Assembly (NCBI GenBank): GCA_044892525.1
Contig: CM097885.1
Span: 202,244,001 to 202,308,000, forward strand
From: Schmidtea polychroa
Taxonomy: Eukaryota
DNA: 64,000 nucleotides
Direction of reading: 5' to 3'
The notes under the pieces: model-generated
What the model was told of the DNA's origin: nothing
What the model saw: the letters and a program-made list of their open reading frames with translations, nothing else
The model's database searches: none
Part shown: positions 28,287-42,460 of the stretch, one piece after another
Layout: every line of letters begins with the position of its first letter
How positions within the stretch are numbered: the stretch's first letter is position 1
Made by a program: the position numbers and the translations under genes

Positions 28287-31200
28287 AGAAACTATACTTG
28301 ATTGGAAATGTAAACAATATTGTGTCCAATAACATTTATAACTTGGATATCTGAAAATCAGATAATAAATATATAAAATGAAAACAAATTTTATGATTTT
28401 ACCTAAAGTTGTTTTTCAATTCATCTAAACAATGATGCATGTAATTTCGTTGTATGTTTGTAATGGAAGTTGTTTTTTTATATTTTACATTTGTATAAGG
28501 TTTTTTCAATTTATTAAAAGATTAAAATTTATTTCACAAAGGAAGAAATTCAAACGATATTAAAATATGTCAAAGTTAAAAATTTTAAAATTAAACGAGA
28601 TGAAGATATCAAACAGCATTGGTTTGAAAATTTAAATCATTCTTAATTATTTTCAGTTACATTTTGATTTCATGAATCAGCCATAATATGTATTACCTAT
28701 CTTTAAGTTTCACATCCATTTGACAAGATTATATGTGAATTGAACTAATATTTAAAATATTTACCGGGAAATAATTGGTTCGAAGAATACAAGTTGAATG
28801 ATGATATTAGCCAGTTATCACATTTGTTTTAATTCAAAGAAGCAAAAATTTTCTTTATTTTAGAAATTTTTTTTTAATGGATGATTAAATTCACTAGTTT
28901 TCTGAAGGAACATTGTCATATTAAATCAAAAACTTAATCGAAAAATTCAAATTATTGTGAAATTTATACTTATGATCTTGAATTTGATAATTATAGTCTA
29001 GTTATATGCAATCTATTGTGAAAAATATGGGTTATCAAAAAATATTACTTATGAAATTACGAAACTTAATTTTAAATATTAAGCATTTCCATATTTATTT
29101 TGGATTAAAGATTCGAATAATGAAGTAATTGAAGAATCCACTGCTGTAATTGGAAATAAGGACTTCGAAACACATTCTAATTGCATCAAATTTAGCAATA
29201 CTAGTTTATCATTTCTTGTTTCAATTATGTTTTAGTCAAATGGAGTTTGAATTCAATGTATGAAGTGTTTTTATTTGATTGATTGATAGTTCTGTTCAAG
29301 TTGTTTATTCCGGTAAAATATTTCTGGGATCCGGATTTTATGTACTTTTCCTTTAGATACGCTTCTTTTAATAGGTGTAAATCAAACTTTCATTGTAAAT
29401 ACTCATTTGTTAATATTGAAACTGCAATTTGTCGAATACAGTCGGATTTGTTATCAAAATTCGATGGAAATTATTCGCAGACAACGCCAATGAGGAACCA
29501 GTGAATTGTATACGAAATATTTGAGAAATAGTATAAACATATTTATTATGTGATATTTTTAAAAATTTTCGAATTATTTACTTTGTATTGATTTGTAAAA
29601 GTTATTGTTATATAAGAAATATGTATGAGGAATTTCAGCACGATTGGGTGTTTAATTAAATAAGATTCTGTATAGCCTGTGCTGATTCGGTTTAGGAAAT
29701 TATAGCAAAAAACTTCCTTTTTGTGACTAATGAAAGAAAATAAATGATTTTGAAATATTATTTCCCATTACGAATTGTGAGCTATATTTTGAAGGATTAA
29801 CAGGAGGTATCAAATAATATTTAATGTCTAGATCAAGGTCATTATAACTATTTATAAAAATAGCATATTAAAAAGTTTGGATAATTTAATGATGTAAATG
29901 ATATTCTTTTCAATCCTGATCTATTTTATTTTTAATTTCCTTCATTTTCATTCTTCATTGTCTAAATATAAATGAAGATAAAATATGTGTGTGTGTGTGT
30001 GTCGTGATTAATTTTTTTCGGATTTGATTGATATATTAATTTATTTGGTAATTTTTATGTAATTATGGGTATATGATGTAAAGCATTTTATTTTTTCAAT
30101 CATCTTTCTAACAATCCAACTTTTGTAAGTTTTATTTTATTTTTAAAATTAATTTTATTTGAAGTTTAGATTGTATGAATCTAAGAAATACTAGAAGAAA
30201 GATTGATTTATATGATGAAAGAATAATTGTAGTTAGATGTAAATTTTTTTATTATTATTTGAGTGAATATTACTATTTTTTTATAATTAGCTTTGTATAA
30301 TAGTTTGAAATGTAAAAAGTTTTGTTAAATATATTTTAACAAAATAAAGTTATTTTCAAACTAATTTTAAGAGTCTCCAATTGACTTGTTTTAAGACATG
30401 GAAATGTATAATTTCTTAGAAGGCGAGTTGCATGGTTTGTTAATTGCTGTCAATAAATATTGAATGTTAACAAACCTACATAAAGAATTATTGGATATCA
30501 TTATCAGTAGTCATTATGAATGTGCACTTTTTCAAAATTAAATTTCTGGAGAAATATGAATGGATGTCAGAAAAGAATAAATCAAATAAAATAGAGTGCA
30601 GGAAAACAGTCTAATTAGATTTATTTTCATACAATTATATTGTAAAAGTGAAACTAGATATATTCACCTATTCAAGACAAGTTGATAGATTAAAATTTTG
30701 TCTCTGAAAATATATTTGAACTTGACTCAATCGACAAGTTAATATTTTTGAATTATCTCATAAAGAACCATGTTCTTCATGGAGACTTCTATATTTATTT
30801 TGGGTTGTGACTGTTTTAGACTTCTTAACAGTTTGTATGTCGAAATTTTGGAAAGTTGAAGAATCAGATGAATTGGATTACGTATGACTTGAGAAATACG
30901 TTTTCGAAAATGTCCATAATATTCACCAACATAATTGCCATTGTTAAATAAAGAATAGCTCTGCATCAACAGATAAAATTGTTCTGTCAAAATGCACGGT
31001 GTCTATCCCAGCTTAGAATGTACTCGAATAAGTTTCACAATGAATTTAATTGTGAAATCAATATTGCATGGGACACCAAATCGTTTTTTCTCGAAATTAA
31101 AACTCCAATGATCAGGAATAACCTATCGGACATTTTTAATTATCCGCTGTATTCAAAGGAACCTTGACTCTGTTATTGGTACACTTAAAGACCTTGGTAC

Positions 31201-33313
31201 ACGTAAAGAACTTGTACAATACGAGTGAGTATTTTTAAGACCTAAATGAAAAGTAGTAGGTGATGTGTGAGAAGTTTAACATTTAATTATAAGAATCTAA
31301 TCCATTGTCTGAACCGCGTTACAATAACAACTATCACAATTTTACGTTGGGTAAAAGCCACCTGTTGTTTAGTATAAAATGTCTGAAAACTGATTTAACG
31401 CTGATAATTATTGAATTGAATGGGAAAAGCTACATGTGAGATGGTTATAGCTAATGTATCAGATATTATAATTAGGAAATTGAAATTTTCAAGGTGGTAG
31501 ATAATTTTTAAATCAGCATCAGCAATTGAAAAATCAGGATGGTTTTTCAGTTATCAGAATATATCTTGTTCACAATAGGATGTATTTATCCACTGACATT
31601 TTATTTGTCAATGCATTTTAGAATACAATAAATATCCGCCAATACCAACTTTCCAAGTAAAATATTATATCTAAAATTCACCGGGAAATTCTGGTGTTGA
31701 ACTAATAGTTTACATTTATACATATCATTGTATTTAAAAATAATAAATTTTATAATGTTTTTTATTGGGTTAAGCACAATGTCGCATAACACATCCATAT
31801 TGGATTTAAAATAATTGAATAATTTCAATTATTCAACTAATAAATATGGAAATATTAAGATTTTTAATGTTAGTTGGAATGTCTCATAAAAAAGAACCTA
31901 TTTGAAGAATAGCTGGTGAAAAATAGATTGATGAGAATAGTGATATTATGTTAATCAATTGAGAAGAAGCTCCAAAAAACTTTGCTTGTTTGGAGCAATG
32001 ATCAATAAGCCGGTCAGCCATGAAGATTATTTTAATTGTGTTTGTTATTAAGCATGTGAAAGGATCATGGTAAATGAATATATTCCCAAGATGAGGTTCA
32101 GAGAAAAGAGACTGATAAAACTAAATCAAATGATTTTATGACAAAATGTGAAATGTAAAGTTATACAATAGATCTTTATATTCATGTTACTTTTAAAATT
32201 TTAAAAATTTAGGAATAAATTTTAAGCAATGACTTTAAAATTATTTTTTATTACTTTTTGAATGATGATTCAAAAATTCGAAAGAACAAAGAATCTTTAT
32301 TTTCTTTAAATTACGAGTACATATCAACATATTTATGATTTTTAAATAAATATTAATTTATAGGGATAAATATTCTTATAAATATTTAATTGACATCAAA
32401 CTCTAAATCTATATCGAACAACCTTTAATTCCATATCCTTTCTGTACCCTTTAAAAATTCGAATTTATACGGGGTTCAACGTATTTACAATATTTTATCG
32501 AAATGCCATATTTAAAATGGCAGAATTACTAATATTATCCACTAATAATGAATAGTGAAGGGAAATTATATGTATGTACTTTTTAAAATGATGACATCTA
32601 ATTCTTGAGTTATTACTTCTTGTCAACGTTATTTTTGCCAATGGTTTAATTAAAATAACAATTAATAAATAATTTCGAAAACGGTTCTATATAACAGTTA
32701 TTTCCATTATGGAATTTAAGCTTAACGATTTTCATATTCACTATAAAATAAGTTTAGGAAGTTTCATTTAAAGAAAAACAATTATTAATTTTCTCAAAAA
32801 ATTTTATTGAGTTTTCTAATTAATAATTTTTTAATAGAAACTTAATGGATTAATGGAGAAAATTTTATTCTTATTGCTCTTATTATTATTAGATTGATAT
32901 TTACGCGTTCCTTGTTAGTAACTTGCCTATAAATGTCACTTGCAATATAGAACCGAAGCTAATTCTGTCAAATTGATCACTAATCTATATTTAGTTTGTT
33001 TTTAGTAAATTTGCAATTTTTTTCTAACTCAAAACAAATTCATTTTCTCACCATATTTATTTCTTACAAATTTCATCTTGTTTTTTACATCATCACAATC
33101 CCTTTTCCTTCAGATGACTGAGTTTTACACTGAACACAATCTCTCAGTATAATATGAGCGGAATAGTAAGGACTGTCATGAAATTTCAACTCAGTCTATT
33201 TACGTCATAGGTATTAAATATAACTATTTATACATACACTTTTCATTTACTCACATTTTGTAGGTCAAAAGAGATGAATTAATATAATTTTTATTGTTTG
33301 ATAATAATAATCA

Positions 33314-33315
<2 letters not shown>

Positions 33316-33357
<42 letters not shown>
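33316..33357. repeat. (ATT)n microsatellite with degenerate extension to about 33500
   Basis: Direct reading. Confidence 0.95.
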
Positions 33358-33359
<2 letters not shown>

Positions 33360-34112
33360 TAATGTAATTTTTATTACTATTTGTTAATACTATTTACTAT
33401 TACTATTTGTTATTACTATTATTATTAACATTTATTATTAAAATTATTATTATTATTATTATTACTATTTGTTAATATATTTATTATTACTAATGACTTA
33501 TTTCTAGTTTTAATTATCAATGTTCATGTAACCATATTATGTAAGACGATTTGTGAAGTGTTTTCTAATCCAATTTGGTCATATTTTATTAGCACTTGAT
33601 TACAATTATAATATTATTTGTATTGTTTATTATAAGCTTAAGTTACATTATTTATCAAATAATGGTTAGAGTAACAAATTTGATTTTATTTTATATTAAG
33701 ATAATTTACTTGAGTAAATTAATAATTATTTAGTTATTCCTCTAGTCCTATGTATTACAAGATATTCAACATCTAACCAAATTTGATCTAAAGCATTTTT
33801 ATTGTTAGGCCCTTTTTATCCATGATAATTATTAAATAAATTTTAAAATATTGTCTAAATATCTTTTATCAGTTGCAATCTTGAAGGGATTGAATTAGAA
33901 TTTTGAGAAATGATTTATTTCACTAATGTGAAATTAGGACACCATCATCTTAATAATTTGTTTAGATTATCATCAGAAAGTTAAAGGTAAAATTAAAAAA
34001 GGTATATCTTGATTATTGCTAGATTATTACCATTACCAATATGTTAATATGGGGCTGGAAACTTGTAAATTATACATATTTTACCTTCTTTTGAAGTTAC
34101 CCCAACATTTTA

Positions 34113-34115
<3 letters not shown>

Positions 34116-34156
<41 letters not shown>
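34116..34156. repeat. (TA)n microsatellite
   Basis: Direct reading. Confidence 0.97.
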
Positions 34157-34157
<1 letters not shown>

Positions 34158-34765
34158 TACAATATATATACTACAATTATAAAATATTAAATAATATGCC
34201 ATATGATATTGATTTAGTATTAAATTTTTCTTTTCATCTAAATAATGCCTGTAGGTTAATTTGACCCAGAATTTCATTGCTATTCTGCTCTAATAAATTA
34301 TTGATTAAATTCACGGCCTTGATTTATCAAGAGGAAATTGACTATTCTGTCAAAAAGTGAATTAAAGAATAATTTGTCTGGTTTGGTGTTGTTTTTGCAA
34401 TGAAAATTGGTTTTATTAGATGGTCAATTAAACATGGATTGGCATTCAATCATCCGATAAAATTTGTATGGTTGCAATTTCAAATATATGGTAGGCAACA
34501 TCATTGTTTGCTAGAAGGGGGTAGAAAATTGGGAATTATACTAAAATTAATGGCAGGTTATTAACATTTTAAAGCACGTGTAGAAAAATTAATGTTTCTG
34601 TTATTAATATAGAAATTTGACAAATCAATGTACGAAAAAATACTTCCATTAAAAAATATGCTATTTAATAAATTATAAAAAAATTTACTTGCAATTTTAA
34701 CAATTAGTATTTTATTATATTTTATATTCGGTATTATAAATTATATTATATTTTCTGTTATATAG

Positions 34766-35000
34766 ATACTGTCTTAGTCAACCAAATGCCATGAAATACT
34801 TGGCGCAGAATCACGCCACCCAATGGGAGTCTAACAAAAATGATTCAAATCAATTGCATTTAGTGCCTTGTGAATTCATAGCTGAAATTTTTCATCGAGC
34901 ACTTCACTGTTATGGATTAGAAAAACGGCTTTTAAAAGAAACAATACAAGTAGACTCGTCACCTTTTAGTAGATTCGATAATACTCATTCTACGGAATAT
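34766..35000 (+). CDS. coding exon of the host gene
   Basis: Acceptor ttatatag (34765), phase 2, compatible with the donor at 21238; donor TAT|gtaaaa (35001). Confidence 0.65.
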
Positions 35001-35054
35001 GTAAAATCAGTTTTATCGTTATTTCATTCAGTTAATGTCTTCATTTTCTTGTAG

Positions 35055-35387
35055 AAAAAAATCAGAGATGAGTATTCATTCAGTCTCAAGCGTGTCCGAT
35101 ATGGAATCGGTGTGATCGATGATTTGTTTAAACGCAAAATCAATTTTCAAAGTACTTTACCCAATAGCGATGTGATAGTGGTTCGGAAATGGAAGCATCT
35201 CATTTATTATCTGTGTCTACAAGCCAAAGCGGTGTTTATGACCAAAGAAATGCAATATCATAATTATGCCAATTATGTAAATCAGTCTAGTTCTTTTGAT
35301 GGAGATTGTAATATATTATTCAATGGGACTCCCACTGCAAGGTATTCATCATCCAGCTTAGTTGTTGAGACGAACAATAAACTACAG
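35055..35387 (+). CDS. coding exon of the host gene
   Basis: A 54-nt GT-AG intron (35001-35054) removes the in-frame TAG between ORFs 34791 and 35112, which share a frame; donor CAG|gtaaat (35388). Confidence 0.68.
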
Positions 35388-35494
35388 GTAAATAATAATA
35401 ATAATAAAATAATAATAATAATAATTGGCGCTTTCTTATAATTAAATCATTGCCATATATGTTTAACTATTTATTCAATAATAATATTAATGAT

Positions 35495-35574
35495 AATAAT
35501 ATAAAGTGATGACTTTTTGGTAGCAGCATTAATTTATAGTTAAACAATTAAATGATAATTTAAGCCTTTTGCTG
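35495..35574 (+). repeat. long-palindrome repeat family 1, copy C (outer part of left arm only)
   Basis: Matches about 12914-12991 (ggtagcagcatt...atgataatttaagccttttgctg); preceded by AAT-rich sequence. Confidence 0.85.
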
Positions 35575-35839
35575 TGAAGTATATATTCAATATGCAAACA
35601 TAATTATATTTCGATTTTTATTCCTAATGATTCTTATATTATTTTTAAAAAGAAAATATTGAAGATCAACAAAAACTGATCGGACTGGTGATTTCTATGA
35701 TCTGTTCCTTAGTGTTTGGCTGTTTGTTTATGATGAGAATTGCCTCTTTAAATCTGACATTTTTATTTTGGATATTTCCATTGGCTAAGATTTCAGTTAC
35801 AATATTTTTTCTTTCCTTCTTTGGTTGACATTGTTTGAG

Positions 35840-35927
<88 letters not shown>
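35840..35927. repeat. (AAT)n microsatellite
   Basis: Direct reading. Confidence 0.97.
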
Positions 35928-35929
<2 letters not shown>

Positions 35930-36252
35930 TATTGAAAAGAAATTGATACTATATATTTTGTTTCTAATTTTATAAAGCTTTGCTCAAAATATTATTGAAT
36001 CAATAAAATGTAGTCAATGAGTTCAAAATGTGCAAATAGAAATGCATCATAAAATCAGTTAATTATATTATGAGCAAATTTGGCTTATGTTTTTGCATTT
36101 CAAAATAGACAAGATTATATAAATTATAGATTAGGCAAATCATAATGAAATATTGAAAATTTAAAAATACGACCAATTTTGTATGACAAACTTATTTCTT
36201 GCTTTTTGTGTTGTTGATTTGACTAAAACGATGAATGTTATTTATTATGAAG

Positions 36253-36393
36253 TCACTTGAAAAGGCTGTGCCCAAAATTCATGAATATTAAAAGACATTG
36301 ATATCTTTAGTAATTTATAGTCAATTTTTTTTTATAAATACCATGCCAATTGAAAAGAAATCAGTGGTGAAAATCAAAAGAAGTTCTTATAAT
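36253..36393 (+). repeat. repeat family 2, diverged copy
   Basis: Aligns with about 22100-22241 (tcacttgaaa...gtgcc(g/c)aaaattc...tcagtggtgaaa...gttcttataat). Confidence 0.78.
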
Positions 36394-36722
36394 ATAATAA
36401 ATAAATAATTCACTTTGCAATCTGTAGAAATTAAGGTTTTTCAGTTATTGAAAATATGGATAATTGTAATCAATGGTTTTGTGGGAATTATGTAATTTTG
36501 CATGATGAGTTACAAAAAGAATTTTCTGTGAGAAAAGTATTTTCTTTAAAAGCGATAGGGGTCATTGCGTAATTACGTCACGCCAGTGGACCAAGTAAAA
36601 TTAATTTAATCAACTGGTTCTTCGAGGTCAGGAATCCATGGAGAATTACCACGTTGTTCCGAAGGTAAAACTAAAAAAGATCCAAACAGTTCAAACAGCG
36701 GTTTCCGGTTCACACAAGCGGG

Positions 36723-37040
36723 TTAACCGACGTGTTTATCTGAACTGTCGCTGTTGTCTGCGACTTCTGCTACTTCTTGCAATAGTTCAGATCGACGCCC
36801 AGAATCAGCTCCAGCTTCATTGGAACAAACGACTTCCCAAATCACATTGAGAAGATCTGGATAAAACGTAACACCAACATTATTATTTGCATCTTTCCAA
36901 CGACACCGTCCTGTACAATACATTCTAAAACCGTATGTAGTAGCGTCTGGACCAATAGAAAGGGAGACTCCAGCCGTACGAGTGTTGTTTACGGTTGTTT
37001 GCCTGTAGGTCCACTTGGTCCTTGGCTTATAAGTTCGCGG
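36723..37040 (-). CDS. unidentified open frame (at least 105 codons) running into an assembly gap
   Basis: GC-elevated island; frame open from the gap edge (PRTYKPRTKWTYRQ...GFRMYCTGRCRW...DKHVG*). Product unknown. Confidence 0.35.
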   Translation of the reverse strand, partial: PRTYKPRTKWTYRQTTVNNTRTAGVSLSIGPDATTYGFRMYCTGRCRWKDANNNVGVTFYPDLLNVIWEVVCSNEAGADSGRRSELLQEVAEVADNSDSSDKHVG

Positions 37041-37519
37041 TNNNNNNNNNNNNNNNNNNNNNNNNNNNNNNNNNNNNNNNNNNNNNNNNNNNNNNNNNNN
37101 NNNNNNNNNNNNNNNNNNNNNNNNNNNNNNNNNNNNNNNNNNNNNNNNNNNNNNNNNNNNNNNNNNNNNNNNNNNNNNNNNNNNNNNNNNNNNNNNAACA
37201 GCATATGTAGGCTATGTAATCGTCCTGTACTGTATCGTGAGTGTACACTTTTCAGTACTTTTTCAACAACACTAAGAATTTTAGTTGTTTCAATTTTCAT
37301 TTTATAGAGGATATTGTAGGTTTTTAGTTTCGTAATAGACATAAAAATATTTTTAATATCTAAAGCTGATTTAACTGAAACTGGGTGCACCAATAAGAAA
37401 TTAGAGGAAATGAATAACTAGGATATAATAACAGTTTCTGAATCCGAGTTCAAAGTCGACAATGAAATTTTCATCCAACTCTTAACCTACTTCTAACTGC
37501 GATATTCGAGTTTTTATTT

Positions 37520-37917
37520 ACAGAATCACAACTTAGATATCAATTTTTGTCAAATGTTTTCGAATCAAAAGAAAATTATAACTTTAAAGAAAATGTAACT
37601 GAAAAAACCCGAAGTTTTAGCCAGACTTAGCTTTCTCAGTACTCTCATGGGCTAGCATAATTAAATGCTAAAACCATATTCAATCTGGATATTTTCAACG
37701 AATGATATTTTCGCATATGTTAATTATTTCATTTTGTGTCACATGGTAAGTATAATATGCATTACGAGGAGCTAAATGCGTTTTTAATACACAGTCACCG
37801 GGGTCTATAAAAAATGAAAACAATTCTTGTATATTTCCCATATCGCTTTCCATTTCCCTTAGAGCTAAGTCATTCATAACACAAAATATTGTTGAAAATA
37901 AAATACTCTTTTCATGA
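37520..37917. pseudogene. rearranged hAT (ZMYM1/TTF-zinc-finger-like) transposase fragments
   Basis: Minus strand 37695-37877: LALRE...GNIQELFSF...GD.VLKTHL..RNAYY...QNEII; plus strand 37520-37690: N-terminal-like segment. Confidence 0.7.
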
Positions 37918-40023
37918 AAATGCTAAAACCATATTTAATCTGGGTGGCACAGAGGATCTTAACAAGACACAAAAACTTTTATGGCTGTTAAGAAAGATAG
38001 CAGTAAGGATATTTTATTTCGACTTGATAATTCTGTACAAGCAACTGTGGTAGAGAATAGAAAAAAGTATGCCCTATTTTATCTTTTCTGCCGGCGCCTA
38101 TCGTATTTTTTAACGTAATTTAATAAATGAACAAATGATCTGAATTTCTATTTTTAAACAATAATGTAACTAAAATTCTGATATGCATTTTTTATTATCA
38201 AATTTCTCGGTAAATATTAATGGTGTTCCATGATTAATTTAGAATACTTTTAAAAACACTGATCTAGAGCGACATATGTCACATGATAATTACAATATAA
38301 TTAAATAATATTAATTCTTTATTATTATGAAATTTGCTTTTAACAGAAATTAAAGTGTAAAATTGAAAATTTTTCTTGGTTTTTATTTTGATTACAAAAA
38401 ATGATGTCTCATTTTCAATGGGGCCCCCTGGATCTTATTGCTGCACATTTAGAGTGTGTTGCAAAGAATAAATGACTAAAAGATTTATAAGACTAATTTT
38501 TGTTACCTCGAGAAAAGCTTGAAACAGAAAAAAATAATAATTCATAAATCTAAAGGAATTAATTTCATTTCCGTAACACATATAAGCTTGAGATAGTCTT
38601 GAATTTGTCTGAATTTTAATAACTATTTTAAAGGTTAGTTAAAAACTTATATGAAACATAAAATAAATATTTATTTTTTGATGAATTCATAATAAATAAA
38701 GCGTGGGCTTCTGATTCATTCAGATGAAATCAAAATCCAAACATCTGTAAAATCGGTGTCTAATTTCGATTAACATAACTTTCGGTTTGCTTTTCTGTGC
38801 GACTTTTAGAGATTTTTAATGACAGCTTAAAACAGCAATTGGAAACATTAAAATATATTAATTTTATTTCTTTTATTCTTGTTTCAAAAGTGAATGTCGA
38901 GCCCTTTTCATCTATTTTAAAAAGTTTTTATTATTATATATTATTCAAAATTTTATTTCATCTTGAATTGCAGATTGAACTGATTTTCCCGAAAACTTTC
39001 AAGAATATCAGATAGAATTGTTCTTCAATTAATCCATAGTAACTTCTTTTTTAATTAATAACCTATAGATTCTTTTGCATAAATACTGATTAATTCTAAA
39101 TTTTCCTCGAGTAATTACTATCATGTTGCAAGTAGTAATTCATTTCTGTGATCCTCGTGTTTCTTCAAATCAAATCATTTATCCCAAGAAACTATTTTAC
39201 AGGCAAACAATATTACAAATATTATATTATACATAACATTATACCGTGTTTTTGCATCAGTTATTCCAGAATGTCATTTGTAATATTTTATTGGAATGAC
39301 TAAAGTATAAAAATAAAAAAGTATAAAGTATTAAAAATAGGTGCAAACGTTCCATTAATTGGTCATAATCTAAAAGTCTTTACTTGCTAAGATTCATTCA
39401 TATCGAAAAGTATATTATTCCTTATTTTTGATATCGGGAATTTTTGCATTTGGCCACTGTAAATCATAACAACGGGTTAATAATATTTTATTTCTAAATA
39501 TCAAATCCTCACATTCATTAACATTTCTTAAAATTCCTTTAAGTATGAAATGTCCAAAACGGAAATCTGTCTGTATTTAATTTTATTTTCATTACTAAAC
39601 AAAATGACAAATTAATGATACTCGAAAAAAGTTTTGAATTTTGCTGACAAACATAAATTATGTTTATATTTTCTAATGTGACTTTACATTACAAATCATT
39701 AACAAATAGTTGGTTTTTGTCGTTTGACCATAAATAGATAACAAATGTACGGCAGCTTTAAAGGTAGTGTTTAAATTTCAATTTTAGCAATGGCGATTTC
39801 AGGCGGTTTTTTCGTCAAAATGTTAAGTTTTTATTTTAATGGTGATTTGTGCATTTTAACATTTCAAATAACATTTTCGAATTTAGATAGTGAGGAAGTT
39901 ATTTGATATTAAATTTTCTCTGATATTCCATTTTCAGTTTTTATTGTTAAATTAGATCGAGGTTTAATATGTAACAAAATGCAATTCAAAAATTTTACAC
40001 AATTAAATTTTATAATTTTCCAG

Positions 40024-40491
40024 TTTCCGAAAGACAGCTCAAAACTGTTTGAATCAAAATTTCCTAAAACAACTCCTGAACACTTATCTCAATTCGATAT
40101 GGATGTATCACCGCATTCATATGACAGCGGTAAAGGTTCGAGTATTAGATTATCTTCAAATGGCAATAGCCAAGTTAGCGGATGTCATACGACTTCTTCT
40201 TTAAATTCCACGCCTCACAGTTTGAACGAGGCACAACTGAACTTGCCAGGATTTCATATGTATCGAATTGATGAGTATTTAAAAACCGCCAACGAATATG
40301 TACAGTTTTTGCCAGAAACATTTCAATTGCATTCAAAGGTTATCTCGAAAATTGGGTTCGAACCGAACGCAAATAGTTCCGATAACATGTTACGCTTTAT
40401 CAATTATACTGAGGTCTGTCAACAAATCTGTAAACAGGAAGCCATGTCCGAGTGCCTACAACGTTTGTTGAATCAAGCAGTTCGATTGTGA
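40024..40491 (+). CDS. putative terminal coding exon of the host gene
   Basis: Acceptor ttttccag (40023), phase 0, compatible with the donor at 35387; open to TGA at 40489-40491. Confidence 0.6.
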   Translation, partial: FPKDSSKLFESKFPKTTPEHLSQFDMDVSPHSYDSGKGSSIRLSSNGNSQVSGCHTTSSLNSTPHSLNEAQLNLPGFHMYRIDEYLKTANEYVQFLPETFQLHSKVISKIGFEPNANSSDNMLRFINYTEVCQQICKQEAMSECLQRLLNQAVRL

Positions 40492-41804
40492 TTTCGCAAT
40501 TATCCTCCACTCTGTGTGCTCTAATGATTCTCAGGCTGCAAACCGAGCCAGGAATCTGGTGATAGAATAATATATCAACTGGCGGCTAGCTATACAATGT
40601 CAGCATCACTTCTAGATCCTAATTAATAAAATAACTATTATTCTAATCGTTTATATTTAATTTCACTTTTTGATAACCATTTTTATTACTTAATAATAAC
40701 TAATAATCATAATAATGTGCTTAGTAGAGTTTGTGTCTATAAAATAAATCGAAATGCAAATCTGAAAGGGTAGCAATACAAGAAATGAGAATTCTCTGAA
40801 AGTTTCTGAAAGAAAAATTTAAAATGTTGCACTTTAAATATTTAGTAAAAGTTCGATAATTTGTGATTTTATGAATCAATATTTTGTGTGGTAAATATTA
40901 GTTTGTATAATGGTTGTTTCTCGTGCCTGGTCCAATTTGTTGTCTCTCTTGGTTGACTTTATTTTGCAGAATTAACGAAGTGTAAAAAGATGATAATTAT
41001 CAATATATTTGGTATCAATTATTGATATAAAATAAATATTTCCGATTTCTTTTCATTTGAGCTTTTTTTTTATTTCGACTTGGGTCGCTTTTAGATCGCT
41101 CGTGGAAAGGATAAGGACTCGTCGGATGGAGTTATGGATCAATTTTAAAAATGTAAATAAAGCAGTCCTCAGATGTTAGCGATCAATGTTGGTAATGTTT
41201 CGTTTGGGTGAATACTTGCGAAAAGTAAGCGTACTCCATTACACTATAGTAGTCGAGCATTCGGGCGCGTTCGTGTCCGACTTAAATTCGGTACCCTTAT
41301 CTCATACTCTACTAATTCGAAACCGTGAATTTAAGGCAAACGGAATTATGTCATACGCTATAATATTTATTACGAAATCTTTCAATCCACTCACACGTAC
41401 AACAAATCACAACTTAGACCCAGAAACTTCATTTCAAAAACACCGATTCCTTGATTAGTTAATGGGTGCAGAATCCGGCTCATCCACAGTACCGAGAGTG
41501 TGGTAGGAGTGGCCAAGGATTTAAACATTCTTGCGCGCTCGTCACATGGCGCGTTCATACTTTCCTGATCTATTGAGACTCTTTCCTAGCCAGTGATAGT
41601 GAATAAATGGGACGTTGGGTTAGTGTTAGTTACTTGTTCCGCCAGATATCGGTCAATGAGAGCCTGATTGTTCTGAACCCTTTGTTGTCTGAGTTGAATT
41701 TTAGAGTCTGAATCTCTGTTTAGTCATGCGCCGCTTGCAAATGGAGCTGCTTTATATGTTGTCGAGACTGAACCACGTCCCTTTTCAACTCGCGGATCCT
41801 GTCC

Positions 41805-42460
41805 TTGAGCTTTTTTGTCTTCGCCCGTGTTTCACAACCAAATAGAGGACCACCACACCAGCCCTTCACCTCATCAGCATCGTCAAATCAATTTCATATC
41901 AGAACTTTGAATCGGATTTATTCCAAGTTCTCACCGAAAAGCTCGACATTCAACACCTTCGTTCATCATCTACAAACAAAGGGTTTAGTCCAATGTTTTC
42001 ACTGCACTTTTAAAGCTTCTCTTGGTATTCTTTCTGAAAAACAGGAATGGACTAAAGCTCTACCTTTTGTTTTGTTAGGTTGGCGGAATACTCCTTCCAG
42101 GACATCCGGTTCATCGCCAACTCAATTGATTTTTGGAATAGCTACTTCTTTGCCGAATCAACTAATTGACTTTGATAATTCTCCAACTTTGGAAGATATC
42201 TCAATCGCCAGGGATCATCTTTTGTCAATAGTAGACATTAATCCCAGTTTCTCTACGGCTTACCGTACGTTCCAAGAACATTTGAAAAGGCATTACATGT
42301 TTACGCCCGGAATATTTCAGATTCAAGTTTGCAATCTAGATATTCAGGACCATATAATCTAATTGAAATCAAGGATAATAATGCCAAAGTTTTCATTAAT
42401 GACTCAACGCAGACCTTTATTCTCTGGCGTTTTAAATCAGCCTTTGTTTTGCTTGACGAC
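41805..42460 (+). pseudogene. Ty3/Gypsy integrase C-terminal half
   Basis: HHLQTKGLVQCFHCTFK (YHPQxNGLVERFHRTLK-like), WTKALPFVLLGWRNTP, SPTQLIFG, then frameshifted YSGPY (GPY/F module). Confidence 0.82.

Noticed and set aside
29283-29504. Additional exon of the host gene
   Set aside because: The acceptor is plausible, but no convincing phase-compatible donor occurs before the stop.
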